A stretch of 64,000 bases of DNA from a virus (lineage: Duplodnaviria; Caudoviricetes), in IMG/VR virus record IMGVR_UViG_3300020414_001694, positions 11,242 to 75,241 of that record. The stretch is one strand, 5' to 3'. Below are positions 52,474-62,595 of this stretch, in pieces. Under the pieces are notes generated by a model. It worked only from the letters and a program-made list of their open reading frames with translations. It was not told where the DNA came from and did not search any database. The position numbers and the translations under genes were made by a program. Each line of letters begins with the position of its first letter. Positions within the stretch are counted from its first letter, which is position 1.

Positions 52474-53442
52474 TTATTTATTAGAATTGTCAACACATAT
52501 TCTTCTAAAGATAGCGTAGAGGTCAGTAAAGTTAACCGTACCAAATCCATCGTAAACCATCATTTTATCAACCTCAGTTTTATTAAACTGAAACTCAAAA
52601 TTGTTGAGTGCGTATTTTATTTTTTGTTTTCCCTGAATTGAAATAAGCGGAGAATAAAGTTGCATCATTTTGTAATTCTGCTCAATGACATCCTGATTAT
52701 CCATAATTCCTTGATGAACCTTTAGTGGTTTTTCTACTTCCTCGCAAATATCCACAAGTTCTTGTAATGTATAATCTTTATCTTCTGATAGACAAGGAAA
52801 CCTCTTTGCAAGAGTACCTAGACCTACTCCTGGGACGCCTGGAAGGTTATCTGACTTATCTCCAGCGATGGCACGAGCAAGCGCAAAGTTCCTTGGGTGA
52901 ATACCAAACCGTTCTATGACTCTCGGTTTATTCAATGTCTCTTTTTGAATAGGTCTGTGAATGATAGTCTCATCATCACACAACTGAAAAAAGTCTTTGT
53001 CTGAAGAAACGATGACCTTGAACCATCCATCATAACGTGAGTCTTGTGCTACAAGAGAGACAATATCGTCTGCCTCAACTGAATCTAGCACAAATTGCAT
53101 CACGGGCAGTTCATTGAGATATTCCATCAATCTGACCTGTTGCCAAATCTTATTATCTTTTTCTTGATTCTCTGTGAGAATTCTATCTGTCCTGTTTAGT
53201 CTAAGAGGTTTGCGCCCATCCTTGTAGGTCTTTACAATGGTTCTTCGCTTCCTTGACCCATCTGCGCCGTCCCAGCAAATAACAATTTGGTCTGGTTGTA
53301 TTTCTCTTGACAATTTTTGAAGTGTCTTGAAGAAACCCTTCACTCCACCGATTGGAGCGCCGTTGGTTGACATACTCGGGTCCACAATGTAAGAGCGATA
53401 AAAGTTATTCGTTCCGTCTACTATCATTACTTTCTTCTTCAT
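52474..53442 (-). CDS. 5'-3' exonuclease (PolA N-terminal / FEN family)
   Basis: IVDG.N, WDG, EADD, SSDKD, GDKSDNLPGV. Confidence 0.92.
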   Translation of the reverse strand: MKKKVMIVDGTNNFYRSYIVDPSMSTNGAPIGGVKGFFKTLQKLSREIQPDQIVICWDGADGSRKRRTIVKTYKDGRKPLRLNRTDRILTENQEKDNKIWQQVRLMEYLNELPVMQFVLDSVEADDIVSLVAQDSRYDGWFKVIVSSDKDFFQLCDDETIIHRPIQKETLNKPRVIERFGIHPRNFALARAIAGDKSDNLPGVPGVGLGTLAKRFPCLSEDKDYTLQELVDICEEVEKPLKVHQGIMDNQDVIEQNYKMMQLYSPLISIQGKQKIKYALNNFEFQFNKTEVDKMMVYDGFGTVNFTDLYAIFRRICVDNSNK

Positions 53443-53451
53443 AATTTCTCC

Positions 53452-53504
53452 ATAAAAAAACCTCTAGTTGACACCATATTATCAAACTAGAGGTTTAATG
53501 TCAA
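53452..53504 (-). promoter_or_regulatory. Overlapping terminator hairpin and sigma70 promoter
   Basis: 12-bp perfect IR (53458-53469 / 53485-53496) with T-run; TTGACA-N17-TAATAT. Confidence 0.7.
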
Positions 53505-53522
53505 GTAAAAAAGTACTTTATT

Positions 53523-54656
53523 TTACTCTTCTGCTGCTACTTGTTCTACTGCTTCTTCATCATCATAGAAGTCCGAAGCATTTCCCTCACGATTCTTAAA
53601 CTTCATGATGACGTGCTCATCCATAATAGAAAAGACTGCTTGACGAAAATTCTCTTCTTGCAGTCTATCTAACCACTGCTTTCTCTGAAACTTTAGTTCA
53701 GTTCCATCGTCAGTTACAAGTGTATACCAAGCACCTGCCGTCTTCAGTCTCTCCGAACCCTTGATGGCATCCAACCAACTTTCCTCGTCCTGAACTCCAT
53801 AAAGTCCAGCGCCCCAGAGAATCTGAAATTCACAGCGCCGCCCAGTTGTTCCAAAGCGAGACTTCTCTAACTTAACCCTTGCTGTTGAACCAATTCTGAA
53901 ATCATTCTCGTCAGTAATAAAAGTTGCCTTGCCCTTTGGTTTAGTCAACCAAATGCGAAGAGAATAAGCATACTGTGCTGCCTTACCACCTGGGGTAGTA
54001 TAAGGTGTTGTCATTGCCTCGGCAACATTGCTTGTGATGTTGGTTTTCAACTGATTCAAAATCAAAAGAGTTGCATTAGCGTTAGCGATAGGTACTGTCA
54101 ACTTTGATAACCCTTTTGCAAGAATTCTGGGTTTAACTGCCATAGAAGACTGTGGGTTGAAATCGCCCTCAATGTCTGAAATAGAAGGAGTGAACGCAAG
54201 TGAGTCCCAAATGAATAACCACTGATTGTCAATACTAAGTAAGTCCTCGATTGTCTCTAGAACAAACTCCACCGACTCTGCCTGCACATACATTAAACTC
54301 TCTAAATCACAACCTGCCCTCTCTAAAAACTGAGAGTCGATTGCGGATTCCGAATCAAAATAGACAACGCTTATTCCCAACTTCTGTGCATTCGCTGCGA
54401 CGCCTGCTGCAAGGTAAGATTTGCCAGAACCTTCCAGTCCTGCAATCTCCGTGTATTTACCAACAGGGATGCCCGCCAACTTGCCCGTTGCAATAATAGA
54501 ATCCAACCAGCGGGAACCAGTTGGAATCCACTGCTTTACGTCAGTTGGATTTTCCTCTTGCAGATTATGAGCAACATCTCTACCTGCTTTTTTATTAATC
54601 AACTTTCGAATGTCTGTCATAGACATCTTTCCAGTCATTTGCTTACTTTTTGCCAT
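53523..54656 (-). CDS. recA: RecA/UvsX recombinase
   Basis: IPTGS, GLEGSGKS, DSE, WDS, LNQ, TPGG. Confidence 0.93.
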   Translation of the reverse strand: MAKSKQMTGKMSMTDIRKLINKKAGRDVAHNLQEENPTDVKQWIPTGSRWLDSIIATGKLAGIPVGKYTEIAGLEGSGKSYLAAGVAANAQKLGISVVYFDSESAIDSQFLERAGCDLESLMYVQAESVEFVLETIEDLLSIDNQWLFIWDSLAFTPSISDIEGDFNPQSSMAVKPRILAKGLSKLTVPIANANATLLILNQLKTNITSNVAEAMTTPYTTPGGKAAQYAYSLRIWLTKPKGKATFITDENDFRIGSTARVKLEKSRFGTTGRRCEFQILWGAGLYGVQDEESWLDAIKGSERLKTAGAWYTLVTDDGTELKFQRKQWLDRLQEENFRQAVFSIMDEHVIMKFKNREGNASDFYDDEEAVEQVAAEE

Positions 54657-54680
54657 TTATAGTTTCTTCTCCTTTATGAT

Positions 54681-54707
54681 AAAGAAAAGGGGGCAGACGC
54701 CCCCTTT
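54681..54707 (-). terminator. Intrinsic terminator after SSB
   Basis: AAAGGGGGC-GTCT-GCCCCCTTT followed by T-run. Confidence 0.8.
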
Positions 54708-54723
54708 ACGATTTTAAGTTCTT

Positions 54724-55506
54724 CTAGGAACCAAGAAGTTCCTTGAAGGCATCATCGACGCTGGTTCCACCGCTTGCGTTTGTTGCGGTTGTAGTATTTG
54801 AACCCCCATAGCGTGTGGTCTCGGAAGAAAGTTCCTCTGCGGAACCATCATCTGCGAGATACTCATCTAACATCTGTTGAACGTCCTCTGGTGTCTTACG
54901 CTCGAAAAGAGTGTTAAAGTCTGGAATAGTATCCAGTAACTGAGTACAAGCATCTCCTTCCAAATCCTTACACATCTGAGACGTTCGACGACTTGGCATC
55001 AACTTAGTCTGCGGATAAGATGCTCCTGCTGGTTTACCATAACTCAAAAGAAGGTCAGTTCCCTCCTGTGGGTCGGTGATGTCTCCGTACTCTGGATTGA
55101 GAACAAGGTTTAGCAACTGCTCATAAACTTGCTTGCCGTATCCCCAAATCTTGATACCCTCTTCCTCTTGCCCTCGGACAATAACTGGTGAGAAGAATCG
55201 CTGGCGTGCCATGAGAGACTTTGCCATCTTAGTGCTCTCCTCGGTACCTTCATTGAAGAGTTGTCGGATAAATGCATCCAACGGGTCATCCTCGCCAAAG
55301 TTCTTCTTTGGTGACAAGAATCCTGCGTTCTTGCCCAAGTTGTAGTGGAAGAAGAACTCCTTGAAAGGGTCTCCGTCTGCTGTCGGAACAATACGAATCG
55401 TCTGCTCGCCGTCCTCTGGTCGCCAGAACTGAGACTTCTTTGTACCGCCGCCTCGGTTCTGTACTGCGTTCAACTTTGCACGCATCTTGCTTAAATCAAT
55501 ACCCAT
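54724..55506 (-). CDS. T4 gp32-like ssDNA-binding protein
   Basis: FW.P..G...IRIVP, YGDITD...G.D, acidic tail. Confidence 0.85.
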   Translation of the reverse strand: MGIDLSKMRAKLNAVQNRGGGTKKSQFWRPEDGEQTIRIVPTADGDPFKEFFFHYNLGKNAGFLSPKKNFGEDDPLDAFIRQLFNEGTEESTKMAKSLMARQRFFSPVIVRGQEEEGIKIWGYGKQVYEQLLNLVLNPEYGDITDPQEGTDLLLSYGKPAGASYPQTKLMPSRRTSQMCKDLEGDACTQLLDTIPDFNTLFERKTPEDVQQMLDEYLADDGSAEELSSETTRYGGSNTTTATNASGGTSVDDAFKELLGS

Positions 55507-55573
55507 ATTTATTTCTCCTTTATCTTATGGTTATTTGTGGGTGAATTACCCTTGAGTATGCTTGACTAATCTT

Positions 55574-55822
55574 TCAAGCATCTAGTGTTACATTGTTTGT
55601 TACTGCCTCGCCTACAATCGTTTTCCAATTGAAGACACGAAATCCGCTATTATCTAAATCCCAGACAACCTCCTGCCCCTCGTTGAGAGTTCGTTGTGCT
55701 CCATTGCCTTTAATCTTACCAGATAAAAATGTTTCTGGTAAGTCATTTAAACGAACAAAGTTCATTTGTCTATTATCACCATTTGATTTTACAAATGTTG
55801 CTGTATAAGAAGTTACTGTCAT
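55574..55822 (-). CDS. SH3/WYL-like beta-barrel protein
   Basis: F.K.NG..R.M...VWDLD..GFRVF. Confidence 0.65.
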   Translation of the reverse strand: MTVTSYTATFVKSNGDNRQMNFVRLNDLPETFLSGKIKGNGAQRTLNEGQEVVWDLDNSGFRVFNWKTIVGEAVTNNVTLDA

Positions 55823-55823
55823 T

Positions 55824-56117
55824 TTATCTCCTATCTCCTACTACTGAACCGAAACCTGTAAAGTTTCTCTCAATTGTAAATTCCAACTTTGAAAGTCTCC
55901 CTGCAAAGTCCTTATTATCTTCTGGCACAACGCCTGGATTCACTCTGTCAAAATCAATAATCTCGCCATACTCTTCTACTTCTGGAAAGTAAATCAACGC
56001 TCTTCCTGTTTCTTTGTTTGTATCGCAATAGATACCTTCTTTTCCGTTGACGTTTACTCCATAAAGATTATAGTCTTGACGAGCGATTACAGATTCTCCC
56101 TTTACCATTTCTTCCAT
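55824..56117 (-). CDS. SH3-like hypothetical protein
   Basis: KGESV...GKEGI...ALIYF. Confidence 0.5.
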   Translation of the reverse strand: MEEMVKGESVIARQDYNLYGVNVNGKEGIYCDTNKETGRALIYFPEVEEYGEIIDFDRVNPGVVPEDNKDFAGRLSKLEFTIERNFTGFGSVVGDRR

Positions 56118-56118
56118 T

Positions 56119-56970
56119 TTATTCCTCTGGATATGTTTGAATGTTAGAAGTCCAAACCTCTACAAAAGCAAAGTTAGTTTCATACTTCGTTGAGTGAATC
56201 TGGTACGAAGCACCCTGCAAATCTTTCATCTTCTCTTTTACTTGCTTGTTTACATTTTTTAAAACCTTGTAGTCCTCCTCCAAAACATTTTCGTTTACAG
56301 CATAATAGTAGCACCTATTGGTTTCGTTGTCAATAGGAAAAAAATTATTTTCTTCGCCTGATTCGAAATCCACCATTCCAATAGTATAAATTCTTGTCTC
56401 TGGTGTGTTCTCAATCTTGTTGTCCAAGACTGGTTTCGTCCTATTGAAAACATTTACCATGTGATACGTGTATCCAATTAACTCGTTTATCTTCTCATAA
56501 TAATTTGCTGCTGTCAAGTTGTTTTCTAAAATTTCTTCAACCTGGGTATTGCCAATAATGCACATAGAACGAAGGACACCTGACCGAGCATACTCTTGAA
56601 GTACGTTATAACATATTCTATCTTGCAAATAAGCGGTTCTACCCAAAAGTTCATGGTCTGGTTTGATGTAAAGAACATCTACTTGGAACTTTCGCTTCAA
56701 AAACTTTAAAACCTGCAAAGATGCGCCTGTAATGTTTCCAGAACCTGCCATGATGAACAAACATTCGCCTGTGTCTGGCATTTGGTCTACAAAACGTGTC
56801 ATTCTTATCTGCTTCTTGTCATACTCCTCATGAGTTGCTCTTTTTGTGATGCCAAGTGACTTAGAAGTCTTTTTCAATCCCTCATCAATGGTAAAAACAT
56901 TGTATTGAGGATATCGCTCGAAGTATTTTGCGATTTTGCAACCTGCATTGCCTAAACCTACTACATTCAT
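56119..56970 (-). CDS. Tubulin/FtsZ-family GTPase (TubZ/PhuZ-like, divergent)
   Basis: VVGLGNAGCKIA; T4 loop variant AGSGNITGA. Confidence 0.75.
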   Translation of the reverse strand: MNVVGLGNAGCKIAKYFERYPQYNVFTIDEGLKKTSKSLGITKRATHEEYDKKQIRMTRFVDQMPDTGECLFIMAGSGNITGASLQVLKFLKRKFQVDVLYIKPDHELLGRTAYLQDRICYNVLQEYARSGVLRSMCIIGNTQVEEILENNLTAANYYEKINELIGYTYHMVNVFNRTKPVLDNKIENTPETRIYTIGMVDFESGEENNFFPIDNETNRCYYYAVNENVLEEDYKVLKNVNKQVKEKMKDLQGASYQIHSTKYETNFAFVEVWTSNIQTYPEE

Positions 56971-58151
56971 TTCATTTTCCTCATTTCTCCGTAACTTTTG
57001 CCGATAGAAACCCCAACTTTATACTTTCCAAGTGGTGTTTTGGAGAATTTATCAATCATTTCAGGCAAAAGTGCTTTATCTTCGTCTGATAGGTCCAATA
57101 GAACGCTGTCGTGTACAAGAAAACGTATTTCTGACTTCTTGTTCTCCAACATTTCCCATATACTGTAAGCACTGTTGAGAAAAATATCACTAGAAGTGGA
57201 CTGAATAAGGTAGTTCAGTGCTTTTCTATCTGGTGATTGGATAGTTCTTCCCATTGGTGTGCTTATCTTGCCTTCTGAATAATACTTTTCAACTAGTTTA
57301 TCTCTATTATAGTAACTTTCTGCTTTCTTGTCAAGAGCACTTGGGTTATACAACCAAGAGAATATCTTTTCTTTTGCCTCTTCTCTTGTTGTGTCCTCGT
57401 CATAAATATTTTCAACATTCCAGAGGTGTAAGTCCTCTTCTGGTTGAGGTGTTCCAGACAGTCCAAGTAGGGTTCTTAGTTCTGCTGCGTTAAAATCTAA
57501 CTCCACCAACCAATCGTTTTTTGGTTTCACTACATTGCGGAACTTCTTATCCAAAGTTAAGATAGGAAAACTCGCTTTTGAGGCAGTTAAACGCCCCGTC
57601 ACGGTCCCGAAAGCATTGTAACTCACACGTTGTAGGTTGTTCCCTAAACGTTGCCTAAAATGGCGAACTCGCTCCTCCGCAGCATAGCGGTTTAGGGCGC
57701 TTTTGTCAACAGAAAAATGTTGCTGGGCGATACTTTTTACCATCCTTGTTACCTTAACAAGAAAGTCGTGATTAGAAGGTTTTTCATAGTTCTGAAAAAC
57801 CCAATCAGATACCTCATTCTTAACAGAGCAGTATTCAAGAAGGTGTCTCTGTGGTACCAAATCGAAAAAGCAATGTTCGTGGAGAGAAACACCCGATAAA
57901 ACAAATGACTTGTAAAACGCATTCATTTTTCTATGAACTCTCTGAAAGTCTTCTTGTAGATGTTCAGGGCAAACTTCTGATAACTGCTTTCCGTTCGCAT
58001 AAATCTTTGCAAACTGAATACCTCCCCTGTCGATAGAAGAAGAGAAGTCCCAAGTGTGCGTTAAGTCTTGCGGGAGTTCGTCAAAGTGAAGTTCGCCTTC
58101 TGCGAAGACGCCTACACACTCCTTCTTGTCGTCGAGTGCCTGAAATAGCAT
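56967..58151 (-). CDS. Minimal family A DNA polymerase domain
   Basis: TVTGRL, motif A LDFNAAELR, R..AK..IF..LY, QSTSSD, motif C HDS. Confidence 0.85.
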   Translation of the reverse strand: MLFQALDDKKECVGVFAEGELHFDELPQDLTHTWDFSSSIDRGGIQFAKIYANGKQLSEVCPEHLQEDFQRVHRKMNAFYKSFVLSGVSLHEHCFFDLVPQRHLLEYCSVKNEVSDWVFQNYEKPSNHDFLVKVTRMVKSIAQQHFSVDKSALNRYAAEERVRHFRQRLGNNLQRVSYNAFGTVTGRLTASKASFPILTLDKKFRNVVKPKNDWLVELDFNAAELRTLLGLSGTPQPEEDLHLWNVENIYDEDTTREEAKEKIFSWLYNPSALDKKAESYYNRDKLVEKYYSEGKISTPMGRTIQSPDRKALNYLIQSTSSDIFLNSAYSIWEMLENKKSEIRFLVHDSVLLDLSDEDKALLPEMIDKFSKTPLGKYKVGVSIGKSYGEMRKMK

Positions 58152-58159
58152 TGTTTGCC

Positions 58160-59389
58160 TTAGAATCTAAAATATGATATCATTGTATCAAAGGAATTTT
58201 GCTTTGTCAAGTCTCTTCTGTGAAAAAGTTCACCTGTCTTGTCGATGAAATAGGGTTCGAGTTGAAGAACCATTTGATTCAATCCTCGATATTTGTTTGC
58301 GGAAATTGACTCTCTAACAATTTTATCGAACTTTGCCTGATTCCAGTTCACGCCTGTCTCGACTGCTCGAAAGTAAACATAGGCACGAATCCAGTGATTT
58401 TCGCTATATTTATTGTTTAACTTTTGCAGACTCATTGTCTCACGAGTCTTTGTGGTGACTATTGTTCCACCACTCTTGTTACAATATCTTGAAATAGTAT
58501 AATAAGGGTCAGTGTCATAGTACTTCTTGTAAGCAGTGTTCATAACGGAATCAACACCTTCTATTTCTAAGTTCGCTATTCTATCATAATACTTTTGAAA
58601 AAATTGTTCAAGACTGCCAACGCCATATTTCGCAAGTTTTCTTCTAGAATGCGGATGCATGACATCGAAATAAATTCTCCAAGGAATATGCTTATCAATT
58701 CTAAATCCATATCGGTTTATAACTTTTCTAAATACCTGAAAGTTAGGGTCTTGAATGTATCCTTCATATTTTAATTTATCTTCGGAATAATCTTCGACTG
58801 CCAAGTCTATCACCAAACCTGTTTGTCTAGAATCTGCCAACTTAGAGGTAGAATACCCAGACATCGTAAAAGGTTCATTCATAGATGTAGCATATTCCAT
58901 AAACGATTTTTCAAAGGTTTTGTAGTCAACAATCTCTGGCGAGTCCGTATCTTTTAAAGAAATAAATTTATCCATTATTGCAGACTGGTGAGAGGCATAC
59001 GAAATCATGGGATTTTTCCAAGACTTTTTTGGAACAAGTTCTTTTAAGGTCTTGGAGTCGAGACTTAATTTACCTCGTAAGTCCAGTTGCTTATAATAAT
59101 CTGCCATCTCTTCGAATGACTCTCTTACAACAAGAAGTGCTTCATGTGTCTCTTCTGTCGTAGTATTTATCTCTGATATATATTCCATTTTTGGCACTAC
59201 TGCGAAACCATATGTGTCCACCTTGCCGTACAATCCTCGAATATTTGCCCTCAGTACAATCGGTTTCGCCTCATTGAACCTCTGAGGGAATTTTACATCA
59301 TAGTATCCAGATTGTTCATAAGACTCTAATGGTCCTGCATCGTTAGTTCCTGATGGTGAGTCTCCCTTCTGTTCAAATAAATATCTCAT
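58160..59389 (-). CDS. Hypothetical, probably virion-associated protein
   Basis: 409-aa ORF contiguous with the tail module. Confidence 0.6.
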   Translation of the reverse strand: MRYLFEQKGDSPSGTNDAGPLESYEQSGYYDVKFPQRFNEAKPIVLRANIRGLYGKVDTYGFAVVPKMEYISEINTTTEETHEALLVVRESFEEMADYYKQLDLRGKLSLDSKTLKELVPKKSWKNPMISYASHQSAIMDKFISLKDTDSPEIVDYKTFEKSFMEYATSMNEPFTMSGYSTSKLADSRQTGLVIDLAVEDYSEDKLKYEGYIQDPNFQVFRKVINRYGFRIDKHIPWRIYFDVMHPHSRRKLAKYGVGSLEQFFQKYYDRIANLEIEGVDSVMNTAYKKYYDTDPYYTISRYCNKSGGTIVTTKTRETMSLQKLNNKYSENHWIRAYVYFRAVETGVNWNQAKFDKIVRESISANKYRGLNQMVLQLEPYFIDKTGELFHRRDLTKQNSFDTMISYFRF

Positions 59390-59392
59390 CGC

Positions 59393-61501
59393 TTACGTCC
59401 TCTGTTTGGAAGGTTTTGTCCAAATCGTTTCTAACTCTGTTTTGAACCTTCCACCTTCAATAGTATTTCTAACTTTTATGACCATGAAATAACCTGCAAG
59501 TCCGAGGTCTTCTGCCTCATCTTGATTAAAGGCATTCGAAGTGATAAACACTACCATGCCTGGTTTGAAGATGGCGTTTCCAACCATGTCTACATTTGCC
59601 TTATATAGAGACCACAAAATTCTTTTCTTTTCACTAAACCCGCCCGATGTCATTCTTGCTTCTGTTAAGAACTTTGTGTCATTCTTGGTATACTTAATCT
59701 TTTTGGTCACTCCATGTTCAGATGCGGCGACCAACCAATAAATTCCGTTATCTGCGTCAGTATTTTGATTTGAAGAATACCCTTCTTCTGCCAAAAGGTT
59801 GACACCATAGAAAAAATAGTTCTCAGTCAGTCCTCTTGTTTCAAGTCCGTTCTTTAATTGAGAAGCACCAACCGTTGTCCATACGTTCGCTACCTCACCT
59901 TTTGGAATAGCAGATGACGTATTAAATGATTGGGCACGAAGTCCTGGCGATGAAGGTGCCTGACCTTGCGTATTTGCTCTTGCTTCTAGTGAAAAAGATA
60001 CCATCGCCAACTTGACCATATCTGTCAAGAAATCCAAAAGACTATATGCAATTCTTTCTCCCTTTTCAAGCACATTTTCTTTAAACCAATCAGCGAATGC
60101 TGCCTGAGATATGGGGATTCCACTAATCGGTACTTCCTTTGCACCCTGTGATGTTGTTCTACCCGAACCATCAGCGGCAAGACTGCCGTACAAAAAAGAA
60201 CCAAAACTAAACTCGAAACCATTAATCATTCCAGGGTCTTGCTTTGCAATCCCTATCACGTTATCGAGCAAATCTCCAAGGTAAAAAAATTGTATAAGAG
60301 ATTTTTCCGCTTCATCATCTGGTTTCTTTTGCTTGTACCACTTAGCAATGTTTGGCGACTGCACAAAGCACTGGTCCAGTGTTTTCGGAAAACCTCTCCC
60401 ACTACCTGCTCCAAACCAAGGATATAATATAGGCATACTTCCTGTGCCCGCTGCTTGATGACTTACAACATACATTTTCTGATTTTTCATCACAGAGTTC
60501 ATAAAAGATTGATAACCTTTTTTTCTGAGTTCGGACGCTTTCTTATCTTCTTTTTCCACCAGTTTTGTATCTTTCTCTCCCAATGGACCTTTACTTCCCT
60601 TCTTTATTTTCTTTACTTTATCCCTCGCAGCAATAAGAGATTTTCTATCTGAGTCTGAAAGTCCTAAGTCAAATACGTCAATCTTCATTGCTCTTCGTTC
60701 TGTGTATCCATGATATTCCAAAGAAACATTTATAGAACCATTCTCATTATAATCCAAACTATGCTTATATAAGTTCAGTGTTAGAACTCTCTTTGCCTCT
60801 CTTATTGCTGTTTTCTCTGATTCAGTCCAAGATAGGGTAGAGTCAGAAGGTGGATAATATCCGTACTCTAATCTTAACAACCTAATTTTTGCTGCATCTG
60901 GAAGTTCTGCGTCATCTGGTCCCTTCGGTAATTTAAACATATCGACATATTGATACTCACCGCTGCCTGTTAAGGTAGGTCTTCTTCTGAACAATTCTTC
61001 CAGCGAAGAAAAGTAAAGGTCTAATTTAACCTTGTACATTCTGTCGGAAGTCGCAATGTTATCACCTTCCATGTCGATTGAAACACTTTTGAGACCAGCG
61101 CCCGAACCTCTCATTCCTCTGCTTGAAGTGATTTGTTCTGGGTTTCTTTGAAAATCGTCAAATACAATTTCTGCCTCTGCTTCGATTTTTCCAGATGCAC
61201 TTCTCCTCTCTTGAAGTAACCTTACCCTGGGAATAAGAGAGGATAACTTTGCAGCATTCATGTTCATGAATTTCTCCATACCCTGCATTCCAAAGAGATG
61301 TGACCTAGTTTTTTGAACATTTTTGCCAACTATGCTGGTGTAGTTTTTTGGTGGATATGTGCCCTTGTGGGTAGAATTGTAATAGTCTATGTACATATCC
61401 ATAGATTGTGCAATCACGTACTGCTCGTTGGAGTTTATTTCTTTTGCACGCTGGTCTTTCTTTTCTTGACGCTCTTTTGCCTTTTCTTTATCATCAGACA
61501 T
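59393..61501 (-). CDS. Putative baseplate hub / tail protein
   Basis: C-terminal GNAIFKPG...GYFMVIKV...FKTELE; context. Confidence 0.6.
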   Translation of the reverse strand: MSDDKEKAKERQEKKDQRAKEINSNEQYVIAQSMDMYIDYYNSTHKGTYPPKNYTSIVGKNVQKTRSHLFGMQGMEKFMNMNAAKLSSLIPRVRLLQERRSASGKIEAEAEIVFDDFQRNPEQITSSRGMRGSGAGLKSVSIDMEGDNIATSDRMYKVKLDLYFSSLEELFRRRPTLTGSGEYQYVDMFKLPKGPDDAELPDAAKIRLLRLEYGYYPPSDSTLSWTESEKTAIREAKRVLTLNLYKHSLDYNENGSINVSLEYHGYTERRAMKIDVFDLGLSDSDRKSLIAARDKVKKIKKGSKGPLGEKDTKLVEKEDKKASELRKKGYQSFMNSVMKNQKMYVVSHQAAGTGSMPILYPWFGAGSGRGFPKTLDQCFVQSPNIAKWYKQKKPDDEAEKSLIQFFYLGDLLDNVIGIAKQDPGMINGFEFSFGSFLYGSLAADGSGRTTSQGAKEVPISGIPISQAAFADWFKENVLEKGERIAYSLLDFLTDMVKLAMVSFSLEARANTQGQAPSSPGLRAQSFNTSSAIPKGEVANVWTTVGASQLKNGLETRGLTENYFFYGVNLLAEEGYSSNQNTDADNGIYWLVAASEHGVTKKIKYTKNDTKFLTEARMTSGGFSEKKRILWSLYKANVDMVGNAIFKPGMVVFITSNAFNQDEAEDLGLAGYFMVIKVRNTIEGGRFKTELETIWTKPSKQRT

Positions 61502-61502
61502 T

Positions 61503-61844
61503 TTACTGTTCCTCCAATAAAGCAATCGCCTTGTTTAGAGGCAATGGGATATTTATCTTATCTCCTATATTTACGTGAGATTCTGTTGGTTTGCCGTTGT
61601 ACTTAGCAATTAACCACCAATACTTTGTAGTGCCATAATGCTTGTAAGAAAGTTTATAGAATCTATCACCAACGGACCAAGTATGGGTCACTGTTGCTAA
61701 CTGAGCGTTCTCCTCTCTTGTCAATGATTTAAAGTGTGGTGAAGCGAGATGATTAATTTTCTTTACTCCTCTCTTTTCACGCAACTCTTCATAAACGTCT
61801 TCTGTGTTTTCGTAAACTTCTCTGTTTTTATATCTACTACTCAT
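61503..61844 (-). CDS. LysM/tail-X-like baseplate protein
   Basis: GDRFYKLS.K.YG...WW.IA.YN. Confidence 0.8.
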   Translation of the reverse strand: MSSRYKNREVYENTEDVYEELREKRGVKKINHLASPHFKSLTREENAQLATVTHTWSVGDRFYKLSYKHYGTTKYWWLIAKYNGKPTESHVNIGDKINIPLPLNKAIALLEEQ

Positions 61845-62595
61845 AACCTACTGTTCCGTCTGGAAGAGACATTATTGCATCTTCACTTGATTGGATTATT
61901 TGCTCCTCTGCAACGCTCTGATTTGGAGCGTTAGAATCTGCTGCTCTTGCAGTTGTTGGTGCAGGTGTCTCTGGTTGCGACTGCCCTCTTCCATAAGGAA
62001 AACCCTTAGTTCTTTGAGAACTTCCTGACCATCCAAGAGCAGATTCATGAATCACCGAGAAGGTGCAAGATAACTTTACAACCTTTGGATATAAATTACC
62101 ATCATTATCTCCAAACATAGCGTCATCCATTGCAGGTTCAAAAGAGAACCCAGCAGATGAACCTAGTAGTCCACCTTCTCTGGCAGTTGCTTTTGCTTCT
62201 GCGCCTGGTCTTGTCACAAAATTTAAATATTTCATTCTCAGAAGTGGAGCATGACTCATCGCAGTCGTCCCACTGGCACCTGAGTCGTAAGCAGGATATA
62301 ACATTCCAAATAAAGTTGTAAGATTTTCTAAATTCTCTTTTGCCTCTTCCAATGAACCCGCTACGACATCCCAAGAAATATTTATAGTTCTCTGAGTTGA
62401 CTTAAAAGTCTGAATAGGGTCCATTCGACCGTAAATTTCTTCCTTATCCCAATTACTTTGATATTGGTCGGAAAACGCCGAGACAAACCCCTTAAAACTT
62501 AATTCTTTCTTAGAAGCAAGATGATAAAATCTAAGAACGTATCCAGCGTTTGCCTGAGCGCCCGAGTCATCTGCACTGTTTTTGAAATTTGCCAT
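61837..62595 (-). CDS. Putative tail-tube initiator / baseplate protein
   Basis: YGRMDPIQTF..T.R.I.ISW; position after tape measure. Confidence 0.55.
   Translation of the reverse strand: MANFKNSADDSGAQANAGYVLRFYHLASKKELSFKGFVSAFSDQYQSNWDKEEIYGRMDPIQTFKSTQRTINISWDVVAGSLEEAKENLENLTTLFGMLYPAYDSGASGTTAMSHAPLLRMKYLNFVTRPGAEAKATAREGGLLGSSAGFSFEPAMDDAMFGDNDGNLYPKVVKLSCTFSVIHESALGWSGSSQRTKGFPYGRGQSQPETPAPTTARAADSNAPNQSVAEEQIIQSSEDAIMSLPDGTVGYE

Noticed and set aside
56119-56970. Claim that this is a nucleus-forming phage
   Set aside because: A tubulin alone is insufficient; no chimallin or multisubunit RNAP is recognisable in this window
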